Shown here in pieces: positions 14,001 to 28,336 of a stretch of DNA of 64,000 nucleotides (within the stretch, counting starts at the first letter, position 1; every line of letters starts with the position of its first letter). The notes beneath the pieces are model-generated. The model did no database searches, was not told the DNA's origin, and saw only the letters and a list, made by a program, of their open reading frames with translations. The stretch spans positions 186,001-250,000 of the forward strand of contig CAXKVF010000086.1 of the NCBI GenBank assembly GCA_964057225.1, given 5' to 3'. This DNA comes from Auanema rhodensis. Taxonomy: Eukaryota; Animalia; Nematoda. Both the position numbers and the translations under genes were made by a program.

Positions 14001-16720
14001 GTGTACATTTAATTAGCATAAATTAAAGTTCACGTAAATTTCAAAGTCATGGTTACCATGAACCAATATCAATAAAAATTTGTTTTCAGACTAATATGGA
14101 CATGGGGAATCTAATTTTGAAAACCGCATCTCTTTATCTTTCACGTGAAGCGAGTTACATACCAAGTGCACATCACGTGTACATTTAATTAGCATAAATT
14201 AAAGTTCACGAAAATTTCAAAGTCATGGTTACCATGAACCAATATCAATAAAAATTTGTTTTTAGACTAATATGGACATGGGGAATCTAATTTTGAAAAC
14301 CGCATCTCTTCATCTTTCACGTGAAGCGAGTTACATACCAAGTGCACATCACGTGTACATTTAATTAGCATAAATTAAAGTTCACGTAAATTTCAAAGTC
14401 ATGGTTACCATGAACCAATATCAATAAAAATTTGTTTTCAGACTAATATGGACATGGGGAATCTAATTTTGAAAACCGCATCTCTTTATCTTTCACGTGA
14501 AGCGAGTTACATACCAAGTGCACATCACGTGTACATTTAATTAGCATAAATTAAAGTTCACGTAAATTTCAAAGTCATGGTTACCATGCACCAATATCAA
14601 TAAAAATTTGTTTTTAGACTAATATGGACATGGGGAATCTAATTTTGAAAACCGCATCTCTTCATCTTTCACGTGAAGCGAGTTACATACCAAGTGCACA
14701 TCACGTGTACATTTAATTAGCATAAATTAAAGTTCACGTAAATTTCAAAGTCATGGTTACCATGCACCAATATCAATAAAAATCTGTTTTTAGACTAATA
14801 TGGACATGGGAAATCTAATTTTGAAAACCGCATCTCTTTATCTTTCACGTGAAGCGAGTTACATACCAAGTGCACATCACGTGTACATTTAATTAGCATA
14901 AATTAAAGTTCACGTAAATTTCAAAGTCATGGTTACCATGAACCAATATCAATAAAAATTTGTTTTCAGACTAATATGAACATGGGGAATCTAATTTTGA
15001 AAACCGCATCTCTTTATCTTTCACGTGAAGCGAGTTACATACCAAGTGCACATCACGTGTACATTTAATTAGCATAAATTAAAGTTCACGTAAATTTCAA
15101 AGTCATGGTTACCATGCACCAATATCAATAAAAATCTGTTTTTAGACTAATATGGACATGGGAAATCTAATTTTGAAAACCGCATCTCTTTATCTTTCAC
15201 GTGAAGCGAGTTACATACCAAGTGCACATCACGTGTACATTTAATTAGCATAAATTAAAGTTCACGTAAATTTCAAAGTCATGGTTACCATGAACCAATA
15301 TCAATAAAAATTTGTTTTCAGACTAATATGGACATGGGGAATCTAATTTTGAAAACCGCATCTCTTTATCTTTCACGTGAAGCGAGTTACATACCAAGTG
15401 CACATCACGTGTACATTTAATTAGCATAAATTAAAGTTCACGTAAATTTCAAAGTCATGGTTACCATGAACCAATATCAATAAAAATTTGTTTTTAGACT
15501 AATATGGACATGGGGAATCTAATTTTGAAAACCGCATCTCTTTATCTTTCACGTGAAGCGAGTTACATACCAAGTGCACATCACGTGTACATTTAATTAG
15601 CATAAATTAAAGTTCACGTAAATTTCAAAGTCATGGTTACCATGAACCAATATCAATAAAAATTTGTTTTTAGACTAATATGGACATGGGGAATCTAATT
15701 TTGAAAACCGCATCTCTTTATCTTTCACGTGAAGCGAGTTACATACCAAGTGCACATCACGTGTACATTTAATTAGCATAAATTAAAGTTCACGTAAATT
15801 TCAAAGTCATGGTTACCATGCACCAATATAAATAAAAATTTGTTTTTAGACTAATATGGACATGGGGAATCTAATTTTGAAAACCGCATCTCTTTATCTT
15901 TCACGTGAAGCGAGTTACATACCAAGTGCACATCACGTGTACATTTAATTAGCATAAATTAAAGTTCACGTAAATTTCAAAGTCATGGTTACCATGCACC
16001 AATATCAATAAAAATTTGTTTTTAGACTAATATGGACATGGGGAATCTAATTTTGAAAACCGCATCTCTTTATATTTCACGTGAAGCGAGTTACATACCA
16101 AGTGCACATCACGTGTACATTTAATTAGCATAAATTAAAGTTCACGTAAATTTCAAAGTCATGGTTACCATGCACCAATATCAATAAAAATTTGTTTTTA
16201 GACTAATATGGACATGGGGAATCTAATTTTGAAAACCGCATCTCTTTATCTTTCACGTGAAGCGAGTTACATACCAAGTGCACATCACGTATACATTTAA
16301 TTAGCATAAATTAAAGTTCACGTAAATTTCAAAGTCATGGTTACCATGCACCAATATCAATAAAAATTTGTTTTTAGACTAATATGGACATGGGGAATCT
16401 AATTTTGAAAACCGCATCTCTTTATCTTTCACATGAAGCGAGTTACATACCAAGTGCACATCACGTGTACATTTAATTAGCATAAATTAAAGTTCACGTA
16501 AATTTCAAAGTCATGGTTACCATGCACCAATATCAATAAAAATTTGTTTTTAGACTAATATGGACATGGGGAATCTAATTTTGAAAACCGCATCTCTTTA
16601 TCTTTCACGTGAAGTGAGTTACATACCAAGTGCACATCACGTATACATTTAATTAGCATAAATTAAAGTTCACGTAAATTTCAAAGTCATGGTTACCATG
16701 CACCAATATCAATAAAAATT
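8097..16720 (+). repeat. Six-monomer haplotype block present three times (8097-9152, 12321-13376, 15665-16720)
   Basis: Same order each time: C166A (8262/12486/15830), C58A, G99A, G65A, C71T+G99A. Offsets are 24 and 19 monomers. Copies 1 and 3 stay collinear further (T137C 9465/17033; 43-monomer offset). Confidence 0.88.
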
Positions 16721-19700
16721 TGTTTTTAGACTAATATGGACATGGGGAATCTAATTTTGAAAACCGCATCTCTTTATCTTTCACGTGAAGCGAGTTACAT
16801 ACCAAGTGCACATCACGTGTACATTTAATTAGCATAAATTAAAGTTCACGTAAATTTCAAAGTCATGGTTACCATGCACCAATATCAATAAAAATTTGTT
16901 TTTAGACTAATATGGACATGGGGAATCTAATTTTGAAAACCGCATCTCTTTATCTTTCACGTGAAGCGAGTTACATACCAAGTGCACATCACGTGTACAT
17001 TTAATTAGCATAAATTAAAGTTCACGTAAATTCCAAAGTCATGGTTACCATGCACCAATATCAATAAAAATTTGTTTTTAGACTAATATGGACATGGGGA
17101 ATCTAATTTTGAAAACCGCATCTCTTTATCTTTCACGTGAAGCGAGTTACATACCAAGTGCACATCACGTGTACATTTAATTAGCATAAATTAAAGTTCA
17201 CGTAAATTTCAAAGTCATGGTTACCATGCACCAATATCAATAAAAATTTGTTTTTAGACTAATATGGACATGGGGAATCTAATTTTGAAAACCGCATCTC
17301 TTCATCTTTCACGTGAAGCGAGTTACATACCAAGTGCACATCACGTGTACATTTAATTAGCATAAATTAAAGTTCACGTAAATTTCAAAGTCATGGTTAC
17401 CATGCACCAATATCAATAAAAATTTGTTTTTAGACTAATATGGACATGGGAAATCTAATTTTGAAAACCGCATCTCTTTATCTTTCACGTGAAGCGAGTT
17501 ACATACCAAGTGCACATCACGTGTACATTTAATTAGCATAAATTAAAGTTCACGTAAATTTCAAAGTCATGGTTACCATGCACCAATATCAATAAAAATT
17601 TGTTTTTAGACTAATATGGACATGGGGAATCTAATTTTGAAAACCGCATCTCTTTATCTTTCACGTGAAGCGAGTTACATACCAAGTGCACATCACGTGT
17701 ACATTTAATTAGCATAAATTAAAGTTCACGTAAATTTCAAAGTCATGGTTACCATGCACCAATATCAATAAAAATTTGTTTTTAGACTAATATGGACATG
17801 GGGAATCTAATTTTGAAAACCGCATCTCTTTATCTTTCACGTGAAGCGAGTTACATACCAAGTGCACATCACGTGTACATTTAATTAGCATAAATTAAAG
17901 TTCACGTAAATTTCAAAGTCATGGTTACCATGCACCAATATCAATAAAAATTTGTTTTTAGACTAATATGGACATGGGGAATCTAATTTTGAAAACCGCA
18001 TCTCTTCATCTTTCACGTGAAGCGAGTTACATACCAAGTGCACATCACGTGTACATTTAATTAGCATAAATTAAAGTTCACGTAAATTTCAAAGTCATGG
18101 TTACCATGCACCAATATCAATAAAAATCTGTTTTTAGACTAATATGGACATGGGAAATCTAATTTTGAAAACCGCATCTCTTTATCTTTCACGTGAAGCG
18201 AGTTACATACCAAGTGCACATCACGTGTACATTTAATTAGCATAAATTAAAGTTCACGTAAATTTCAAAGTCATGGTTACCATGAACCAATATCAATAAA
18301 AATTTGTTTTCAGACTAATATGGACATGGGGAATCTAATTTTGAAAACCGCATCTCTTTATCTTTCACGTGAAGCGAGTTACATACCAAGTGCACATCAC
18401 GTGTACATTTAATTAGCATAAATTAAAGTTCACGTAAATTTCAAAGTCATGGTTACCATGCACCAATATCAATAAAAATCTGTTTTTAGACTAATATGGA
18501 CATGGGAAATCTAATTTTGAAAACCGCATCTCTTCATCTTTCACGTGAAGCGAGTTACATACCAAGTGCACATCACGTGTACATTTAATTAGCATAAATT
18601 AAAGTTCACGTAAATTTCAAAGTCATGGTTACCATGCACCAATATCAATAAAAATCTGTTTTTAGACTAATATGGACATGGGAAATCTAATTTTGAAAAC
18701 CGCATCTCTTTATCTTTCACGTGAAGCGAGTTACATACCAAGTGCACATCACGTGTACATTTAATTAGCATAAATTAAAGTTCACGTAAATTTCAAAGTC
18801 ATGGTTACCATGAACCAATATCAATAAAAATTTGTTTTCAGACTAATATGGACATGGGGAATCTAATTTTGAAAACCGCATCTCTTTATCTTTCACGTGA
18901 AGCGAGTTACATACCAAGTGCACATCACGTGTACATTTAATTAGCATAAATTAAAGTTCACGAAAATTTCAAAGTCATGGTTACCATGAACCAATATCAA
19001 TAAAAATTTGTTTTTAGACTAATATGGACATGGGGAATCTAATTTTGAAAACCGCATCTCTTCATCTTTCACGTGAAGCGAGTTACATACCAAGTGCACA
19101 TCACGTGTACATTTAATTAGCATAAATTAAAGTTCACGTAAATTTCAAAGTCATGGTTACCATGCACCAATATCAATAAAAATTTGTTTTTAGACTAATA
19201 TGGACATGGGGAATCTAATTTTGAAAACCGCATCTCTTTATCTTTCACGTGAAGCGAGTTACATACCAAGTGCACATCACGTGTACATTTAATTAGCATA
19301 AATTAAAGTTCACGTAAATTTCAAAGTCATGGTTACCATGCACCAATATCAATAAAAATTTGTTTTTAGACTAATATGGACATGGGGAATCTAATTTTGA
19401 AAACCGCATCTCTTTATCTTTCACGTGAAGCGAGGTACATACCAAGTGCACATCACGTGTACATTTAATTAGCATAAATTAAAGTTCACGTAAATTTCAA
19501 AGTCATGGTTACCATGAACCAATATCATTAAAAATTTGTTTTTAGACTAATATGGACATGGGGAATCTAATTTTGAAAACCGCATCTCTTTATCTTTCAC
19601 GTGAAGCGAGTTACATACCAAGTGCACATCACGTGTACATTTAATTAGCATTAATTAAAGTTCACGTAAATTTCAAAGTCATGGTTACCATGAACCAATA

Positions 19701-22700
19701 TCAATAAAAATTTGTTTTTAGACTAATATGGACATGGGGAATCTAATTTCGAAAACCGCATCTCTTTATCTTTCACGTGAAGCGAGTTACATACCAAGTG
19801 CACATCACGTGTACATTTAATTAGCATAAATTAAAGTTCACGTAAATTTCAAAGTCATGGTTACCATGCACCAATATCAATAAAAATTTGTTTTTAGACT
19901 AATATGGACATGGGGAATCTAATTTTGAAAACCGCATCTCTTTATCTTCCACGTGAAGCAAGTTACATACCAAGTGCACATCACGTGTACATTTAATTAG
20001 CATAAATTAAAGTTCACGTAAATTTCAAAGTCATGGTTACCATGAACTAATATCAATAAAAATTTGTTTTTAGACTAATATGGACATGGGGAATCTAATT
20101 TTGAAAACCGCATCTCTTTATCTTCCACGTGAAGCGAGTTACATACCAAGTGCACATCACGTGTACATTTAATTAGCATAAATTAAAGTTCACGTAAATT
20201 TCAAAGTCATGGTTACCATGCACCAATATCAATAAAAATTTGTTTTTAAACTAATATGGACATGGGGAATCTAATTTTGAAAACCGCATCTCTTTATCTT
20301 TCACGTGAAGCGAGTTACATACCAAGTGCACATCACGTGTACATTTAATTAGCATAAATTAAAGTTCACGTAAATTTCAAAGTCATGGTTACCATGCACC
20401 AATATCAATAAAAATTTGTTTTTAGACTAATATGGACATGGGTAATCTAATTTTGAAAACCGCATCTCTTTATCTTTCACATGAAGCGAGTTACATACCA
20501 AGTGCACATCACGTGTACATTTAATTAGCATAAATTAAAGTTCACGTAAATTTCAAAGTCATGGTTACCATGAACCAATATCAATAAAAATTTGTTTTTA
20601 GACTAATATGGACATGGGGAATCTAATTTTGAAAACCGCATCTCTTTATCTTTCACGTGAAGCGAGTTACATACCAAGTGCACATCACGTGTACATTTAA
20701 TTAGCATAAATTAAAGTTCACGTAAATTTCAAAGTCATGGTTACCATGCACCAATATAAATAAAAATTTGTTTTTAGACTAATATGGACATGGGGAATCT
20801 AATTTTGAAAACCGCATCTCTTTATCTTTCACGTGAAGCGAGTTACATACCAAGTGCACATCACGTGTACATTTAATTAGCATAAATTAAAGTTCACGTA
20901 AATTTCAAAGTCATGGTTACCATGCACCAATATCAATAAAAATTTGTTTTTAGACTAATATGGACATGGGTAATCTAATTTTGAAAACCGCATCTCTTTA
21001 TCTTTCACATGAAGCGAGTTACATACCAAGTGCACATCACGTGTACATTTAATTAGCATAAATTAAAGTTCACGTAAATTTCAAAGTCATGGTTACCATG
21101 AACCAATATCAATAAAAATTTGTTTTTAGACTAATATGGACATGGGGAATCTAATTTTGAAAACCGCATCTCTTTATCTTTCACGTGAAGCGAGTTACAT
21201 ACCAAGTGCACATCACGTGTACATTTAATTAGCATAAATTAAAGTTCACGTAAATTTCAAAGTCATGGTTACCATGCACCAATATCAATAAAAATTTGTT
21301 TTTAGACTAATATGGACATGGGTAATCTAATTTTGAAAACCGCATCTCTTTATCTTTCACATGAAGCGAGTTACATACCAAGTGCACATCACGTGTACAT
21401 TTAATTAGCATAAATTAAAGTTCACGTAAATTTCAAAGTCATGGTTACCATGCACCAATATCAATAAAAATTTGTTTTTAGACTAATATGGACATGGGGA
21501 ATCTAATTTTGAAAACCGCATCTCTTTATCTTTCACGTGAAGTGAGTTACATACCAAGTGCACATCACGTATACATTTAATTAGCATAAATTAAAGTTCA
21601 CGTAAATTTCAAAGTCATGGTTACCATGCACCAATATCAATAAAAATTTGTTTTTAGACTAATATGGACATGGGGAATCTAATTTTGAAAACCGCATCTC
21701 TTTATCTTTCACGTGAAGCGAGTTACATACCAAGTGCACATCACGTGTACATTTAATTAGCATAAATTAAAGTTCACGTAAATTTCAAAGTCATGGTTAC
21801 CATGCACCAATATCAATAAAAATTTGTTTTTAGACTAATATGGACATGGGGAATCTAATTTTGAAAACCGCATCTCTTTATCTTTCACGTGAAGCGAGTT
21901 ACATACCAAGTGCACATCACGTGTACATTTAATTAGCATAAATTAAAGTTCACGTAAATTCCAAAGTCATGGTTACCATGCACCAATATCAATAAAAATT
22001 TGTTTTTAGACTAATATGGACATGGGGAATCTAATTTTGAAAACCGCATCTCTTTATCTTTCACGTGAAGCGAGTTACATACCAAGTGCACATCACGTGT
22101 ACATTTAATTAGCATAAATTAAAGTTCACGTAAATTTCAAAGTCATGGTTACCATGCACCAATATCAATAAAAATTTGTTTTTAGACTAATATGGACATG
22201 GGGAATCTAATTTTGAAAACCGCATCTCTTCATCTTTCACGTGAAGCGAGTTACATACCAAGTGCACATCACGTGTACATTTAATTAGCATAAATTAAAG
22301 TTCACGTAAATTTCAAAGTCATGGTTACCATGCACCAATATCAATAAAAATTTGTTTTTAGACTAATATGGACATGGGAAATCTAATTTTGAAAACCGCA
22401 TCTCTTTATCTTTCACGTGAAGCGAGTTACATACCAAGTGCACATCACGTGTACATTTAATTAGCATAAATTAAAGTTCACGTAAATTTCAAAGTCATGG
22501 TTACCATGCACCAATATCAATAAAAATTTGTTTTTAGACTAATATGGACATGGGGAATCTAATTTTGAAAACCGCATCTCTTTATCTTTCACGTGAAGCG
22601 AGTTACATACCAAGTGCACATCACGTGTACATTTAATTAGCATAAATTAAAGTTCACGTAAATTTCAAAGTCATGGTTACCATGCACCAATATCAATAAA

Positions 22701-25520
22701 AATTTGTTTTTAGACTAATATGGACATGGGGAATCTAATTTTGAAAACCGCATCTCTTTATCTTTCACGTGAAGCGAGTTACATACCAAGTGCACATCAC
22801 GTGTACATTTAATTAGCATAAATTAAAGTTCACGTAAATTTCAAAGTCATGGTTACCATGCACCAATATCAATAAAAATTTGTTTTTAGACTAATATGGA
22901 CATGGGGAATCTAATTTTGAAAACCGCATCTCTTCATCTTTCACGTGAAGCGAGTTACATACCAAGTGCACATCACGTGTACATTTAATTAGCATAAATT
23001 AAAGTTCACGTAAATTTCAAAGTCATGGTTACCATGCACCAATATCAATAAAAATCTGTTTTTAGACTAATATGGACATGGGAAATCTAATTTTGAAAAC
23101 CGCATCTCTTTATCTTTCACGTGAAGCGAGTTACATACCAAGTGCACATCACGTGTACATTTAATTAGCATAAATTAAAGTTCACGTAAATTTCAAAGTC
23201 ATGGTTACCATGAACCAATATCAATAAAAATTTGTTTTCAGACTAATATGGACATGGGGAATCTAATTTTGAAAACCGCATCTCTTTATCTTTCACGTGA
23301 AGCGAGTTACATACCAAGTGCACATCACGTGTACATTTAATTAGCATAAATTAAAGTTCACGTAAATTTCAAAGTCATGGTTACCATGCACCAATATCAA
23401 TAAAAATCTGTTTTTAGACTAATATGGACATGGGAAATCTAATTTTGAAAACCGCATCTCTTCATCTTTCACGTGAAGCGAGTTACATACCAAGTGCACA
23501 TCACGTGTACATTTAATTAGCATAAATTAAAGTTCACGTAAATTTCAAAGTCATGGTTACCATGCACCAATATCAATAAAAATCTGTTTTTAGACTAATA
23601 TGGACATGGGAAATCTAATTTTGAAAACCGCATCTCTTTATCTTTCACGTGAAGCGAGTTACATACCAAGTGCACATCACGTGTACATTTAATTAGCATA
23701 AATTAAAGTTCACGTAAATTTCAAAGTCATGGTTACCATGAACCAATATCAATAAAAATTTGTTTTCAGACTAATATGGACATGGGGAATCTAATTTTGA
23801 AAACCGCATCTCTTTATCTTTCACGTGAAGCGAGTTACATACCAAGTGCACATCACGTGTACATTTAATTAGCATAAATTAAAGTTCACGAAAATTTCAA
23901 AGTCATGGTTACCATGAACCAATATCAATAAAAATTTGTTTTTAGACTAATATGGACATGGGGAATCTAATTTTGAAAACCGCATCTCTTCATCTTTCAC
24001 GTGAAGCGAGTTACATACCAAGTGCACATCACGTGTACATTTAATTAGCATAAATTAAAGTTCACGTAAATTTCAAAGTCATGGTTACCATGCACCAATA
24101 TCAATAAAAATTTGTTTTTAGACTAATATGGACATGGGGAATCTAATTTTGAAAACCGCATCTCTTTATCTTTCACGTGAAGCGAGTTACATACCAAGTG
24201 CACATCACGTGTACATTTAATTAGCATAAATTAAAGTTCACGTAAATTTCAAAGTCATGGTTACCATGCACCAATATCAATAAAAATTTGTTTTTAGACT
24301 AATATGGACATGGGGAATCTAATTTTGAAAACCGCATCTCTTTATCTTTCACGTGAAGCGAGGTACATACCAAGTGCACATCACGTGTACATTTAATTAG
24401 CATAAATTAAAGTTCACGTAAATTTCAAAGTCATGGTTACCATGAACCAATATCATTAAAAATTTGTTTTTAGACTAATATGGACATGGGGAATCTAATT
24501 TTGAAAACCGCATCTCTTTATCTTTCACGTGAAGCGAGTTACATACCAAGTGCACATCACGTGTACATTTAATTAGCATTAATTAAAGTTCACGTAAATT
24601 TCAAAGTCATGGTTACCATGAACCAATATCAATAAAAATTTGTTTTTAGACTAATATGGACATGGGGAATCTAATTTCGAAAACCGCATCTCTTTATCTT
24701 TCACGTGAAGCGAGTTACATACCAAGTGCACATCACGTGTACATTTAATTAGCATAAATTAAAGTTCACGTAAATTTCAAAGTCATGGTTACCATGCACC
24801 AATATCAATAAAAATTTGTTTTTAGACTAATATGGACATGGGGAATCTAATTTTGAAAACCGCATCTCTTTATCTTCCACGTGAAGCAAGTTACATACCA
24901 AGTGCACATCACGTGTACATTTAATTAGCATAAATTAAAGTTCACGTAAATTTCAAAGTCATGGTTACCATGAACTAATATCAATAAAAATTTGTTTTTA
25001 GACTAATATGGACATGGGGAATCTAATTTTGAAAACCGCATCTCTTTATCTTCCACGTGAAGCGAGTTACATACCAAGTGCACATCACGTGTACATTTAA
25101 TTAGCATAAATTAAAGTTCACGTAAATTTCAAAGTCATGGTTACCATGCACCAATATCAATAAAAATTTGTTTTTAAACTAATATGGACATGGGGAATCT
25201 AATTTTGAAAACCGCATCTCTTTATCTTTCACGTGAAGCGAGTTACATACCAAGTGCACATCACGTGTACATTTAATTAGCATAAATTAAAGTTCACGTA
25301 AATTTCAAAGTCATGGTTACCATGCACCAATATCAATAAAAATTTGTTTTTAGACTAATATGGACATGGGTAATCTAATTTTGAAAACCGCATCTCTTTA
25401 TCTTTCACATGAAGCGAGTTACATACCAAGTGCACATCACGTGTACATTTAATTAGCATAAATTAAAGTTCACGTAAATTTCAAAGTCATGGTTACCATG
25501 AACCAATATCAATAAAAATT
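16369..25520 (+). repeat. Large tandem duplication, 28-monomer (4928-bp) period, ~24 monomers collinear
   Basis: T131A 18963/23891, T75G 19435/24363, A168T 19528/24456, T38C 19750/24678, T61C 19949/24877, G9A 20249/25177, G27T 20443/25371. Confidence 0.93.
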
Positions 25521-28336
25521 TGTTTTTAGACTAATATGGACATGGGGAATCTAATTTTGAAAACCGCATCTCTTTATCTTTCACGTGAAGCGAGTTACAT
25601 ACCAAGTGCACATCACGTATACATTTAATTAGCATAAATTAAAGTTCACGTAAATTTCAAAGTCATGGTTACCATGAACCAATATCAATAAAAATTTGTT
25701 TTTAGACTAATATGGACATGGGGAATCTAATTTTGAAAACCGCATCTCTTTATCTTTCACGTGGAGCGAGTTACATACCAAGTGCACATCACGTGTACAT
25801 TTAATTAGCATAAATTAAAGTTCACGTAAATTTCAAAGTCATGGTTACCATGCACCAATATCAATAAAAATTTATTTTTAGACTAATATGGACATGGGGA
25901 ATCTAATTTTGAAAACCGCATCTCTTTATCTTTCACGTGAAGTGAGTTACATACCAAGTGCACATCACGTGTACATTTAATTAGCATAAATTAAAGTTCA
26001 CGTAAATTTCAAAGTCATGGTTACCATGCACCAATATCAATAAAAATTTGTTTTTAGACTAATATGGACATGGGGAATCTAATTTTGAAAACCGCATCTC
26101 TTTATCTTTCACGTGAAGCGAGTTACATACCAAGTGCACATCACGTATACATTTAATTAGCATAAATTAAAGTTCACGTAAATTTCAAAGTCATGGTTAC
26201 CATGAACCAATATCAATAAAAATTTGTTTTTAGACTAATATGGACATGGGGAATCTAATTTTGAAAACCGCATCTCTTTATCTTTCACGTGAAGCGAGTT
26301 ACATACCAAGTGCACATCACGTGTACATTTAATTAGCATAAATTAAAGTTCACGTAAATTTCAAAGTCATGGTTACCATGCACCAATATCAATAAAAATT
26401 TGTTTTTAGACTAATATGGACATGGGGAATCTAATTTTGAAAACCGCATCTCTTTATCTTTCACGTGAAGCGAGTTACATACCAAGTGCACATCACGTGT
26501 ACATTTAATTAGCATAAATTAAAGTTCACGTAAATTTCAAAGTCATGGTTACCATGCACCAATATCAATAAAAATTTGTTTTTAGACTAATATTGACATG
26601 GGGAATCTAATTTTGAAAACCGCATCTCTTTATCTTTCACATGAAGCGAGTTACATACCAAGTGCACATCACGTGTACATTTAATTAGCATAAATTAAAG
26701 TTCACATAAATTTCAAAGTCATGGTTACCATGAACCAATATCAATAAAAATTTGTTTTTAGACTAATATGGACATGGGGAATCTAATTTTGAAAACCGCA
26801 TCTCTTTATCTTTCACGTGAAGCGAGTTAAATACCAAGTGCACATCACGTATACATTTAATTAGCATAAATTAAAGTTCACGTAAATTTCAAAGTCATGG
26901 TTACCATGAACCAATATCAATAAAAATTTGTTTTTAGACTAATATGGACATGGGGAATCTAATTTTGAAAACCGCATCTCTTTATCTTTCACGTGAAGCG
27001 AGTTACATACCAAGTGCACATCACGTGTACATTTAATTAGCATAAATTAAAGTTCACGTAAATTTCAAAGTCATGGTTACCATGCACCAATATCAATAAA
27101 AATTTGTTTTTAGACTAATATGGACATGGGGAATCTAATTTTGAAAACCGCATCTCTTTATCTTTCACGTGAAGCGAGTTACATACCAAGTGCACATCAC
27201 GTGTACATTTAATTAGCATAAATTAAAGTTCACATAAATTTCAAAGTCATGGTTACCATGCACCAATATCAATAAAAATTTGTTTTTAGACTAATATGGA
27301 CATGGGGAATCTAATTTTGAAAACCGCATCTCTTTATCTTTCACGTGAAGTGAGTTACATACCAAGTGCACATCACGTGTACATTTAATTAGCATAAATT
27401 AAAGTTCACGTAAATTTCAAAGTCATGGTTACCATGCACCAATATCAATAAAAATTTGTTTTTAGACTAATATGGACATGGGGAATCTAATTTTGAAAAC
27501 CGCATCTCTTTATCTTTCACGTGAAGCGAGTTACATACCAAGTGCACATCACGTATACATTTAATTAGCATAAATTAAAGTTCACGTAAATTTCAAAGTC
27601 ATGGTTACCATGAACCAATATCAATAAAAATTTGTTTTTAGACTAATATGGACATGGGGAATCTAATTTTGAAAACCGCATCTCTTTATCTTTCACGTGA
27701 AGCGAGTTACATACCAAGTGCACATCACGTATACATTTAATTAGCATAAATTAAAGTTCACGTAAATTTCAAAGTCATGGTTACCATGAACCAATATCAA
27801 TAAAAATTTGTTTTTAGACTAATATGGACATGGGGAATCTAATTTTGAAAACCGCATCTCTTTATCTTTCACGTGGAGCGAGTTACATACCAAGTGCACA
27901 TCACGTGTACATTTAATTAGCATAAATTAAAGTTCACGTAAATTTCAAAGTCATGGTTACCATGCACCAATATCAATAAAAATGTGTTTTTAGACTAATA
28001 TGGACATGGGGAATCTAATTTTGAAAACCGCATCTCTTTATCTTTCACGTGAAGTGAGTTACATACCAAGTGCACATCACGTGTACATTTAATTAGCATA
28101 AATTAAAGTTCACGTAAATTTCAAAGTCATGGTTACCATGCACCAATATCAATAAAAATTTGTTTTTAGACTAATATGGACATGGGGAATCTAATTTTGA
28201 AAACCGCATCTCTTTATCTTTCACGTGAAGCGAGTTACATACCAAGTGCACATCACGTGTACATTTAATTAGCATAAATTAAAGTTCACGTAAATTTCAA
28301 AGTCATGGTTACCATGAACCAATATCAATAAAAATT

